Below are positions 51,437 to 64,000 of a stretch of DNA of 64,000 nucleotides, piece after piece. The notes below the pieces were generated by a model, which was not told the DNA's origin, searched no databases, and saw only the letters and a list, made by a program, of their open reading frames with translations. This DNA comes from Octopus sinensis (Eukaryota): contig NC_043009.1 of the NCBI RefSeq assembly GCF_006345805.1, forward strand, positions 22,444,001 through 22,508,000. Reading direction: 5' to 3'. The position numbers were made by a program, and so were the translations under genes. Positions within the stretch are counted from its first letter, which is position 1, and every line of letters begins with the position of its first letter.

Positions 51437-51477
<41 letters not shown>

Positions 51478-51826
51478 TCATATATATATATATTCATATA
51501 TATATATATTCATATTATATATCTATTCATATATATATATAATTATATATATATCATATATCATATATATATAACATACATATATACATATATATTATAT
51601 ATATCCATATATATATATATATCTATATATATACATATATACATACTATATATATACATATATACATATATATATATATACATATATACAATATATATAT
51701 ATATAATATACATATACATATATATATATATACATATACATATATATATATATATATATTTATATATACATATATATTAATAATATATAATCCATATATA
51801 CATATATATCCACATATATATATATA

Positions 51827-52107
51827 TAATAGCCATCTCATATGGCTATCCACAAAGGGGGGTGTTACTGCAGCTTTTTAGCCCCAGGAGATCATCGTCT
51901 CCAGCTGGCTTTAGACAGAATTTCTGTAACCTTAAGGTATTTGCAAAGCCTATCACTTAGGCTTACGAGAAAGGGATGGCCTCTCTTCACAAATACCTTA
52001 AGGGCACAGAAATTGTGTCTAAAGCCAGCTGGAGATGATGATCTGCTGGGGCTAAAAAGCTACAGTAACACCCCACTTTGTGGATAGCCATATTGAGATG
52101 GCTATTA
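51827..52107. mobile_element. 281-bp foldback element (~117-bp arms), same family as 21778-22139, no hammerhead
   Basis: 51827-51943 is the reverse complement of 51991-52107; shares the CTACTG.AGCT..TAG.CCCAG and CTCCAGCTGGCT blocks with the 21.8-kb element. Confidence 0.85.
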
Positions 52108-52290
52108 TACTTTACATTGTCAAGCGATTACTGTTTACATCTCGTTCTGAGATTTAATAATATATATATATATGTATATATATATCCATATATATATACA
52201 TAGCTGTATATACCTATGTATGTATATATATATATAATAATATTAATATATATATATAATATATATATTACATAGCTATATATACATATG

Positions 52291-52325
<35 letters not shown>

Positions 52326-52410
52326 CATAGCTATATATACATATGTATGTATATATATATATTATTATGATATATATATATATACATAGCTATATATACA
52401 TATGTATGTA

Positions 52411-52444
<34 letters not shown>

Positions 52445-52658
52445 CATAGCTATATATACATATGTATGTATATATATATATATATATATACATAGCTATA
52501 TATACATATGTATGTATATAATATATATATATATATATTATATATATTATATATATATATATAACATATGTATATATATATATGTATACATATGTATATA
52601 TACATATGTATATACATATGTATATATACATATGTATATACATATGTATATAAATATG

Positions 52659-52689
<31 letters not shown>

Positions 52690-52720
52690 TACATATATAT
52701 ATATATACATATATATATAG

Positions 52721-52814
<94 letters not shown>

Positions 52815-53173
52815 TATATACATATGTATATATATATATATATATACATATGTATATGTATATATATATATAATATACATATGTATATATACATATGTAC
52901 ATATATATATATATATATATACTATATGTATATATATATATATATATATACATATGTATATATAATAATATATATATAGATATATATATATATATACATA
53001 TGTATTATATATAATATATATATATATATACATATGTATATATACATATGTATGTATATATATAATATATCTATATATATATATATATAATACATATATA
53101 ATATATATATATACTATGTATATATATATATATACATATGTATATACATATATATATATATATAATATACATA

Positions 53174-53204
<31 letters not shown>

Positions 53205-53322
53205 TATATAATATATATATATATATATATATACATATGTATATATATATATTTATATATATATATATATAATATATATATACATATGTATATACATATA
53301 TGTATATATATATATGGATATA

Positions 53323-53738
53323 GGCGCCAGGAGTGGCTGTGTGGTAAGTAGCTTGCTAACCAACCACATGGTTCCGGGTTCAGTCCCACTGCGTGGCATC
53401 TTGGGCAAGTGTCTTCTGCTATAGCCCCAGGCCGACCCATCCCTTGTGAGTAGATTTGGTAGACGGAAACTGAAAGAAGCCTGTTGTATATATGTATATA
53501 TATATGTGTGTGTGTATGTTTGTGTGTCTGTGTTTGTCCCCCTAGCATTGCTTGACAACCGATGCTGGTGTGTTTACGTCCCTGTCACTTAGCGGTTCAG
53601 CAAAAAGAGACCGATAGAATAAGTACTGGGCTTACAAAGAATAAGTCCCGGGGTCGATTTGCTCGACTAAAGGCGGTGCTCAGCATGGCCGCATTCAATG
53701 ACTGAAACAAGTAAAAGAAAAAAAAAAAGAAAAAGAAA
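53323..53738 (+). mobile_element. SINE family A, best-preserved copy
   Basis: GGCGCCAGGAGTGGCTGTGTGGTAAG A-box region, GGGTTCAGTCCC B-box, internal (TA)/(TG) tract and A-rich tail. Confidence 0.9.
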
Positions 53739-53785
53739 ATATATATATATATATATATACGTATGCACACACACACAAAAATGTG

Positions 53786-53821
<36 letters not shown>

Positions 53822-54544
53822 ATATATATATAATAGAAATATTAAAATTACTAAGTCTCTCTAAAATATATATCTACACTTATTGTTATATTTAGCCATG
53901 GTTATTTTTGCCAATTAAACACATGCACTATTTTATTTGATCTTCACTTTAGCTTTATTTCTTTATTATTATTTATTTTTTGTTGTTGTTAGCTTATTTG
54001 TCAAATTTTTTTTTGTCATTAATTCTGTGACCTCTTCAGCAACTTTCTGCCCCATTTGTCTCCTGCCTATTCCATTATCAAGAATCTTGCAAACCAAATA
54101 CACACACACACAAATATACACATATATATACATACATATACATACACACATACATATATATATACATACAAACACACACATATATATATACATACAAACA
54201 CACACATATATATATATATACACATACATACATACACACAAACACACATACATATATATATACACACACATACATACTGCCACATGAACACACACCACAT
54301 TACCTGTGCCATTATCATTGTCATCCTTCTTTTTTTTTATTTCTAATGATCTTATATAATGTGTTCAACAATGTCATATGTGGACTATGTATTCACACGA
54401 TTTTCAGGCTTATGTCATCAAAATATCTGAAGCATGTGAACACTGTTAAAGCATTCTCATACAGCTGCAACTCTACTGCCACCAAAAACTACAGCAACAG
54501 CATTGTCATGACATAGGTAGCATGACCTGCAAGAAAGAGCAGTC

Positions 54545-54990
54545 AAATAACATGCTATCTATCCGCTCAGTCGAAGTCGACTCTCGGTCACTCGTTGAAT
54601 CAGTATCCTTCAGTCAGTTCTATCCTGAACTGCTTCTTTCAGATTGGCTATGTCCATTCCGGTATCACTCTTGATGGTGTCAAGCCAGCGGGTTCTTGGT
54701 CGGCCTCTTCCTCTCTTGCCACTGACCATTCCGAGCATGATGTCCTTCTCCAGGGATTTTCTCTGCATAATATGACCGAAATATGACAATCTATGCTTGG
54801 TGATTCTAGCTTCTAGCGACATTATCGGCCTGATCTGCTTAAGAACTTCTCCACTGGTGAGCCTCGCTGTTGATGGAATCCGCAAAAGTCTTCTCCAACA
54901 CCAAAGCTCGAATGCATTAATTCTCTTCTGGTCAGCTTTCTTTAGTGTCCAGGTCTGGCATCCATATGTTGCTATATAACATGCTACAGT
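54545..54990 (-). pseudogene. BovB/RTE-1-like LINE ORF C-terminal fragment
   Basis: YGCQTWTLKKADQKRINAFELWCWRRLLRIP...RLSYFGHIMQRKSLEKDIMLGMVSGKRGRGRPRTRWLDTIK. Confidence 0.9.
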
Positions 54991-56014
54991 TAAGAAAAAG
55001 GATTCTAAATAATGTAATCCTAACAAGATTATGATGATGGTATGTGGTTGGACTAGTAATTAGAGTACTGAGCTCACCATCAGTTCATCTTGAGTTCAAT
55101 TCTTGGAGCAAGCAGTGTGTTGTATCTTTCTTTCAGTACTGTACTTCATTTCATGTTACTGAGTTTGCTTAGCTAAAAATGATTACCAGTGACAGCTTTT
55201 CTAACCCTGCAATGGGGTTGGTATCCTATTTGAAAGGGTGTCCTGTACTCTTAATCACCTAAATACCATAGATAAGTGGGATAAGGAGCAGCCTATAGTG
55301 CATTATAGGTTCCATCTTAAATGGTGAAGTATAAAGTACACACTGGCTCATTTAGTTGGATGCACTATATATGAATAACCGATGGGATGACCATGTCTGG
55401 AACAATTTTGATCAGGAAAACAACTGCCACCACTACCAACATTATCATCATCAATTTCAAGCCTGCTTTTCTAGGCTGGTATTAACTGCGTATATCTGAA
55501 ATGCAGTGTCTTGACATTGCACACTTCATCTCAAGAGATTAATCCTAGCTTTAGCTTGCATGCATCGAAGCATTTTCCTAAAGTATTTTGACGCTAAGAC
55601 GATGCCACCCTTGGTTGCATATTTCAACAATGCAGTTATGCTACTATTGTTGTTTAGCCCCAGCTAGCCCTAACTGAGTGGACCTATTGTCAAAGGCATC
55701 ACGATTCTGACTATTTCAGGCTTTTACTCAATGCAGGCATAGCTGTGTAGAGGTTAGAAAATTTACTTTGCAACCATGTGGTTTGAGTTCAGTCCCACTT
55801 TATGGTATCTTGCTTGAGTATCTTCTGTTATAGTCCCAGGCCAATCAAGCCATTGTGTGTGTGTGCGTGTGAGTTAATGTGAATGTGTGAGTGGGAAGGC
55901 ATATGCGTGAGTGCTTGTGTGCATGTGTATGCACACATGTCTCAGTGCATAGATGTGTGTGTATATGATTTTGTGTTAGCTTCTCATTGCTTGAAAACCA
56001 ATATTGGTTTACTC

Positions 56015-56390
56015 TTTTGTTTCAGTCATGTGACTGTGGCCATGATGGAGCACCACAATAGTCGAGCAAATCGACTTCAAGACTTAGTCTTTGTAAGCCT
56101 AGTACTTATTTTATCAGTCTCTTTTGCCGAACCACTAAGTTACGGGGACGTAAGCACACCAGCATCGGTTGTCAAGCGATGTTGGGGAGACAAATACAGA
56201 CACACAAACATACACACACACACACACATATATATATATACAACGGGCTTCTTTCACTTTCCGTCTACCAAATCCACTCGCAAGGCTTTGGTCGGCCCGA
56301 GGCTATAGTAGAAGATACTTGCCCAAGGTGCCACGCAGTGGGACTAGACCCGGAACCATGTGGTTCGTAAGCAAACTACTTACCACACAG
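56015..56390 (-). mobile_element. SINE family A
   Basis: Reverse complement of the 53323-53717 sequence. Confidence 0.85.
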
Positions 56391-57097
56391 CAGTTCAGCA
56401 AAAAGAGTCTAACAGCATAATTACCAGACTTAGCTGCAGTCCAATAACTGAAACATACACCTGCACCTATATCATCCAATAAGAAGGCAATGCATAATAT
56501 GAAGGACATCTGACAGCTATTTCTGGCAGGTGAAGCGACCACATAGAACTTCCTGTGTCTCTTCCGCACTTAAGTGCATTTTTATGGTGTCTGGACACTA
56601 CATACTTACATTTCAAAACATTGATACCAAAGTTTAAAATATTTTTTTTTCCATGACTAGAAAACCTACTTGCCATCAAGTGCAACACTGACATACACAT
56701 ACATATCTATAACATACAAACACATACATTCAATACAATATATTAGACACACATACACACACACATTTATATGTATGTGTATATATCTAAATAAAAAAAT
56801 ATCTCATTATTTACACGCTTGAATAACGGTTTACTGACTATATTTACTAAAGATACGCGACTTTTAACATTTTTTTGCATTCTATATCAATTTACAATAA
56901 GATAAAGAATTTCATGGTTTTTTTTTTCACTGGAAGTACTTGATAAACCATGATGTACAACTATTTAATTCAGACATACATAAACACATAGACATAAACA
57001 TGCTCAGATATATACACACATATACGCATTTATGCAAATACTCATACGCACACAATAAAAATACATACACAGATATATATATATATATATATATGTA

Positions 57098-57142
<45 letters not shown>

Positions 57143-57308
57143 GTGTATGTGTCTGCATAAATATATATGCATGTATGTCTGTCTGCATGTGTTTGTATAC
57201 ACACACTTATGTATGTGTGCTATTCAGAGAAATGTATACATATATATATGTGTGTGTCTTTGTATATCTGTATGTATGTGTATATATATAGGTTGTGGTA
57301 TATATATA

Positions 57309-57346
<38 letters not shown>

Positions 57347-57532
57347 ATGCAACATTAAGACATACACATATATATGTGAATGTATGTATATGTGTGTTTT
57401 TATGTTGAATGCATATACATTATGTATATATTGCATAGTTGTATGTATGTGTGTGTGTATGTGTATGCATTCAACATAAAAACACACATATACATACATT
57501 CACATATATATGTGTATGTCTTTATGTTGCAT
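57347..57532. repeat. Inverted repeat, 69-bp arms, 48-bp spacer
   Basis: 57347-57415 versus 57464-57532, 1 mismatch. Confidence 0.85.
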
Positions 57533-57626
57533 GCATATTATTATATATATATAGAAATTCGGGGTGAGTACTTACTTGATAATTATAAGCACCTGTGTAT
57601 ACCGTTTGGTGGTGTAGGTGGTGGAG

Positions 57627-60088
57627 TAAATTGATCAAATAAAATAAAAACATGATGCGAAGGACTCAGGCGTACATATGTTTTCGGGCCTTTATTAGAC
57701 AGATTTATAACAATGCATAATGTATGTCTGTGGCCTTCTCAGCCGCGCACAACAGCTTCCACAAGGACATGTGTACACATCAAAATTCTTGGTTGGGGAT
57801 GCAAATCCTCTCATTCACGTACGACATAATGCGGCAGCAGCATAGAATTGAAGCGTCCATCTCTTTCTTCTCTCAATGTAGAATGAGGAAAATTGGATGT
57901 TTAGGTAATGTAAATAAATAAATACATATATGAAGTGAAGATGGAGGGGCGAGAGTTCGGGACGAGGGATAAAAAATGTTAAAAAGTGTAAGTATAGATA
58001 ATATAAAAGTAGAGGATAAAGATATAAAGAGTTGTAAGGAGATGTAAGGGGGTATAAAGAAATATAAAGAAATATAAATAAATGTAAAGGCATAAGGTTA
58101 TAAAGTAAAAATAGGAAATAGAAATAAAAGTAAAAAAACCTGATAAAACCATGATAAAAGTGTAAAAGAATGTAAAGATAAGGGAAGGGATGTATAGAGG
58201 TTACGGACCAAGCATGGTGGTCAGGAGATTGATAAAATTTAGTTGTAGAATTGTCAGTAAATCAACAGTTTCGTCTGGGACTTAATGCGTTGTAAATCAG
58301 AGCTGATGAGGCATTTAATCTGGTTCCTTGAATTAAATGGACTTCTAGTACATACATATCATCATGGATACATACACCACATACCACGCGTACTATACGC
58401 CTCCAAGCCTATAAGCATACACACGCACTCGCGCGTAAACACGTACATAAACACGCACGCGCGTACACCACATACATACAACAGAATATATCCGCATATA
58501 TACAAACGGACATTACGCGCGTACACGCTCACATGTATATACGCCGCGCCATCACTACATACACAGACGTATATGCCACGCCTCTAGGTCCAGTATAAGA
58601 TATTAAAGGATGTGTATAAGAACGTAAGTAAAGAATCCCGTACTCATGTCAACATGCGCACGCACACACAGCTGTGTGTCCGTATGTGCGTGCACATATA
58701 CACTCATATACACACACAGAGAGACACACGCGCACACGGGTATAGCTATAAGATATCGAAGTATGCATGTACATATATGCGCGTGCATATGTATGTGTGC
58801 GTACACACACCGTACGCGGACGCTCGTATATTCAAAAGGTGGATCCATAGGTAAGTAAATAAACATATATAGAGGTGTAAAGCGATAAGTTAGGGGTAAG
58901 AATGAGGGTAAGGTACAGATTAGAAATAAAAATACAGTATAAAATAAGAAATACAATGTAATAGTTAGAAATGAAGTATAAGAATATAAAAATAAGAGTT
59001 AAGGTAAGGAATGAAATGAAAATGAGAATAAATGGAAGTAGAATAAAAGTAAAAATAAAATTAAAAATAAAAATAATGGAAGTAGGATAAAAGTAAAAAT
59101 AAAAGTAAAAATAAAATAAAATAAAATAAGATAAATAAGATAAATAAGATAAAATAAAATAATAAAAAATAAAATAAAATAAAAAAAAAAATAAGATAAA
59201 TAAAATAAGATAAAATAAAATAAAATAAAATAAAATAAAAAAGATAAAATATAATTTTGTAAAGTTTAACATGAGATGGAAGGGTGGTTGAAAGTTAGAG
59301 GTGTGTGTTAAACGTAGGGCGGGGGGGGGGAACTGAAAATTGGAAGGGTGGAAGTGGAGTTTGGCGGTGTGCGTTCAACATCTGAGTTAGAAATGTGAAA
59401 GGGTATAGATGTAGGGAATTAAAGAGACTACATAGGGAGGATATGGGTGTAGGAGAAGAAATATTTAGGGAAAAGAAGTCATATATGGGAGACAAATTTG
59501 TATATATAGGGGGAAAATGCAGGGAACCGTATATGCCATACACACACACCCACACACACACACACGCACATGTATATATAATATGTATGTGTACACAACG
59601 TACACTATGTGCACATACATACGCACACACACACACACCATACACACGCACATATAGGAAAGCGGGATGTGCTGGACCGACAGGTTGCACGTGTGGGAGG
59701 AATTGCATGGGGGAGTTGGTATAGACCTAAGCATTGTAGTATTTGAAAGTATTAATAAGTTTATGTATACAGGATCTTCACCTCTATATATGTATTTATT
59801 TATTTACATTACCTCACATCCAATTTTCCTCCTCATTCTACATTGAGAGAAGAAAGAGATGGACGCTTCAATTCTATGCTGCTGCCGCATTATGTCGTAC
59901 GTGAATGAGAGGATTTGCATCCCCAACCAAGAATTTTTGATGTAACACATGTCCTTGTGGAAGCTGTTGTGCGCGGCTGAAGAAGGCCACAGACATACAT
60001 TATGCATTGTTATAAATCTGTCTAATAAAGGCCCGAAACATATGTACCGCTGAGTCCTTCGCATCATGTTTTTATTTTATTTTGATCA

Positions 60089-60093
<5 letters not shown>
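57627..60093. mobile_element. ~320-bp inverted repeat pair (Penelope-like terminal repeats with hammerheads) around ~1.8 kb of low-complexity sequence
   Basis: 57627-57942 is the reverse complement of 59774-60093 apart from small indels. The interior looks garbled, so a foldback assembly artefact is possible. Confidence 0.65.
59973..60050 (+). ncRNA. Type I hammerhead motif with palindromic stem III
   Basis: GCGG CTGAAGA A GGCC ACAGA...TCTGT...GGCC C GAAAC ATAT GTA|CCGC; mirrored with indels at 57669-57746 (-). Confidence 0.75.
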
Positions 60094-60138
<45 letters not shown>

Positions 60139-60594
60139 ACATATATATATACATACATACATAGAGATATACAGACACCACTATATATATATGCACATGC
60201 AGCCAGACATACATGCATATTTAGGCAAGGTAAAAGAGTGAAAGGAAGAGACTTGATCATAAGCCAGAAAAATTAAAGTTTATGATCAAAATCATATAAA
60301 AAAAAAAATCCAGAAAATTATTTTTGAAATAGATAAAATATCTGAACAGATTAAAAAAAATAAAACTAATTACGATTAACAGATGTTAGACTGGATAAAA
60401 CCAAAATGGCACGATCTAAGTGTGTGTATATATGTAAGAGTGTTTGTGTGCATATACATATATAAATATATACAAACACACACATGTATCTATATACTCA
60501 TAGTTATATTACATATACATATAAATACACACACACACACACATACATATATACACATGTCCATTTATATACACATGTCCATTTATATACATAC

Positions 60595-60635
<41 letters not shown>

Positions 60636-61004
60636 CACATGTCCATTTATATATATACCCATATATCTATACATGTATCTATATACTCATAGTTATATTA
60701 CATATACATATAAATACACACACACACACATACCCACATACATATATACACATGTCCAGTTATATATACACACACAGACATACATATGCACATACATATA
60801 TAATATGTGTGTTTTGATGTACAGTTAAGAAATTTGTTTCCAAATCACATGACTTCAGGATCAGTTCCAATGCAGGCCACCTTGAGCAAGTTTCTTCTAC
60901 CATAACCCTGATCTGATCAATACCTTGTGAGCAGACTTGGTACACAAAAATTAAAAGGAGCCTGCTGTATATGCATGTGCACATACATATTTATATATAT
61001 GAAA

Positions 61005-61330
61005 GACCCTCTTTGATCATGAATGCCTATGGGATTGTACCTAGAAAGTTACCCTTCAAGGCACATATCCTGGCAAGGTTGTTCATGGAAGACCAACAGT
61101 TGCCCATGCATATCAGCCTCTCCTCTTCGTGCTACTGGTGTTATCCAAGGGAAAGGCATAGGCCAATACAGCTTGGCACCAGTGATGTCACAACTCATTT
61201 CTACAGCTAAGTGAACTGGAGCAACATGAAATAAAGTGTCTTGCTCAAGAACACAACACGCAGCCTGGTCCAGGAATTGAACTTGCTACCTCATAATTGT
61301 GAGCCAGACACTCTAACCAATGAGCCATGT
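61005..61330 (-). mobile_element. SINE family D
   Basis: Reverse complement of the 7741-8000 sequence, including the A/B-box head. Confidence 0.8.
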
Positions 61331-62047
61331 GTCTTCTCCAGATACACACACACACACATCTAGCCCATGCCAGCATGGAAAGCAGACACTAAATGAATAT
61401 ATATATACATACATATATACATTCATATATAGACTGGTCATTAAGTTTTCCTCAACAAGGACTGAGCTAAGACTATACAACAACAACGCATAGACATACA
61501 AACATGTAGAAAATGCAAAAATCACAGTTTGTTTTGATTATACCATATATCATCATCATCATCCTTAATAAAATAATTTCTAACTTTGGCAGAAGGCCAC
61601 GAATTTAAGTCTGATGGGTGTAGATGGTTTAATAGACACCAGCTCCGCTGACTTTGGCAGGATTTGAAATCAAAAAATAATGCTATGTAACTAAATACTG
61701 CACAGCAATAAATCTGACACCAGCATTTCTGCCCCTTGATAATAATGATGATGTTGGTTTCAAATTTTTGGCAGAAAATCGGCAATTTTAGGGGAGGGTG
61801 GAAAGTCAGTGACATACATTGACTCCCCAACCCCACCCACTTCCACCCTAGTACTTGACTGGTACTTATTTCATCAATCTTGAGAGGATGAAAGGCAAAG
61901 TTGACCTCCATGGAAATTGAACTCAGACTGGAAACAACCAGAAGAAATGCCACTAAGCATTTCTGTTCAGTGTGCTAATGACTCTGCCAACTCGCCACCA
62001 TAATAATAATAATAATAATAATAACAATAATAATAATGATAACAAAG

Positions 62048-62398
62048 ATAATAATAACAAGAGCACTCAGAGAGTGCAAACTTTCACCAAGGCAACACCA
62101 ACATCCTTTCAACAATTACTTGGAGATGATTTTTAAAATGAGAATATCTGAAATAAACTTGACTGCTCTCATAAACAAGAATACTAAAAATGAACAGGAC
62201 CGCTCTCAGAAATTAAGTAAAAAAAAGCAGGAAAAATAATCCAGAATCCTTGTCCGATACTGGATTGATCCCAAAAGCTAAACATCCCTGAGAGTTTCAT
62301 CCGAATCCATCCACCAGTTCTTGAGATATCTTGTCCAAAGACAAACAAACAAACACAACTGAGAACAATACCTCTGCCTTCGCTAAGATGGAAATGAT
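62048..62398 (+). mobile_element. Probable non-autonomous Helitron-like element
   Basis: Inserted in an (AAT)n tract; ends in a decayed 3' hairpin CCTCTGCCTTCGCTAAGATGGAAATG. Family assignment is by resemblance. Confidence 0.45.
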
Positions 62399-62545
62399 AA
62401 TAATAATAATAATAATAAAGTAAGACTATTGAATAGTAATAATAATAAAAATGTTTTAAAAGTTTGGCATGATGCCAGCAGTTTTAGAGGAGAGGGTTAG
62501 TTAATTACTTTGACCCCAGTACTTGACTGATATTGACTCTGGGGG

Positions 62546-62646
62546 NNNNNNNNNNNNNNNNNNNNNNNNNNNNNNNNNNNNNNNNNNNNNNNNNNNNNNN
62601 NNNNNNNNNNNNNNNNNNNNNNNNNNNNNNNNNNNNNNNNNNNNNA
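62546..62646. other. Assembly gap (101 N)
   Basis: Run of N; contiguity and orientation across it are unverified. Confidence 1.
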
Positions 62647-62764
62647 AATAGATAAGAAAATGTATCGAATGCACATAGAACATTATTTTACCCACATATA
62701 TCAAACATGAAACGTGTGTGTGTGTATGAACAGACAACATAATAATAATAATAACAACAGTAAT

Positions 62765-62980
62765 GGTTTCAAATTTTGCCACAAGGGCAACCATTTTGGG
62801 GGCCTGGATATGTCGATAACGTTGACCCCAGTGTTCAACTGGTACTTATTTAATCGACCCCGAAAGGATGAAAGGCAAAGTCGACCTCGGCGGAATTTGA
62901 ACTCAGAACGTAGCGACAGGGGAAATACCGCGAAGCATTGCATCCAGCGTGCAAACGATTCTGCCAGTTACCCACCTTAA
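62765..62980 (-). mobile_element. SINE family B, CpG-rich copy
   Basis: Reverse complement of 13662-13890 with CpGs retained. Confidence 0.85.
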
Positions 62981-64000
62981 TAATAATAACAACAACGGGT
63001 AAAGGGGGTAAAAAGAAATAAATTTAAAAATCAAACATACATGTAATCGATGGCTTTTGTGATCATCGGTTGTGAAGGAAGCTCGAGATGACAAGAGACA
63101 AGATGTGTATTTTAAAAAAATATCCTTTTGCAGTGACTCGGGTAACGGGTAGTAAGACAGTATAAACAGAAGAAAAGAACCTCCAAAAAAAATAAACTTA
63201 AAAGGTCTGTCAAATACCCGCAAAAACAAGAAAAGAGAATGAGCGAGCAAGCAGGCTCTTGCGCTTGACTCCCGCCGACTCTCCTTCCTTTCACAACAAA
63301 AACACCGACACACGCACGCACACACCAAAACACACACACTCTCTCTGTCTCACTCTATCTCTCACGCGCTATCACAGCTCCTCCTCTTTCTACTTTCTTT
63401 ACTCTTTTCCTCCCCCTCCTCCTCCGCCTATAACCATTACAATGTCTTTTGAAGTTTCTTACACTGATTATTACTATTAATGCTCTCTCTCTCTTAGCAA
63501 ACTTCGGATCCAAAAATTCTTCGCTTCGACAAACGAACACGTTGAGGGGCGAGGCAGGGCGAGATGAGGGTTGTTGTTGGCGGTTACTTATTTTGCTGTC
63601 TTTGACACCACCTAGCACTGTCACCATGCGCCGTCCTTTAATGCATAATAATACATAATATATATATACACACACACACACACATATTCCACAACGCACG
63701 CAAAAGTAAACGTATAAAGACACATAAGGCATATATAGATACATACACATACACAGTGACATACAAATATACACACACAAACACATATATTTGCACCTAA
63801 CAGTTACGTCTTCATACTTAGAAACATTACATCATAAATACACGCAAAAAGATAGACACATATACAAACAACACACGTGTAGTGAGAGAAAGCATAACCT
63901 TACACATCTCTACGTGTGTATGTACACAGATATATAACTATAAATATATATATATTTCTTTTACTTGTTTCAGTCGTTTGACTGTGGCCATGCTGGAGCA

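Noticed and set aside
32188-53558. Many long Y/I/C/V/H/T-rich ORFs in the ORF track
   Set aside because: They are translations of (TA)n, (CA)n and (TACA)n microsatellites with no protein-like content.
58303-58345. CTGATGA followed by a perfect 8-bp stem (CATTTAAT/ATTAAATG)
   Set aside because: No GAAA follows the stem and the region looks garbled; it may be a corrupted HHR but cannot be supported.
62546-62646. ORFs and any continuity spanning the N run
   Set aside because: Assembly gap; adjacency is unverified.

Overview
AT-rich, microsatellite-dense animal genomic DNA. The SINE/LINE/MITE families look like octopus (inferred from the repeat types, not checked by a search). No host protein-coding gene can be identified with confidence, and nearly all listed ORFs are artefacts of (TA)n/(CA)n/(GAT)n tracts. 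Real coding remnants are all transposon-derived: a Helitron Pif1-type helicase fragment (1-305), an internally deleted piggyBac (26515-27581), two 5'-truncated RTE LINEs with RT plus a PHD-like finger (29618-32347, 44880-47364), a CR1-group 3' end, a BovB-like RTE 3' end and a mariner C-terminal remnant. The main finding is a set of type I hammerhead ribozyme (HHR) motifs. The best is a ~4.5-copy tandem array of a ~358-bp unit (47380-48988). Each full unit carries a minimal HHR, three of four with the compensatory U3-A8 core (UUGAAAA). The array starts within 2-4 nt of the predicted self-cleavage site and is fused to the 3' UTR of an RTE LINE through a short inverted templated insert. This fits a retrozyme-like element possibly mobilised by RTE machinery. 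Further HHR motifs sit at the apex of a 362-bp foldback element, in both arms of a 245-bp palindrome, in a Penelope-like terminal repeat at ~35.9 kb and in a ~320-bp inverted repeat pair at 57.6/60 kb. Sequence from about 44.9 to 60 kb shows many 1-bp indels and garbled tracts, so single-base variants there may be consensus errors. There is a 101-N gap at 62546-62646.
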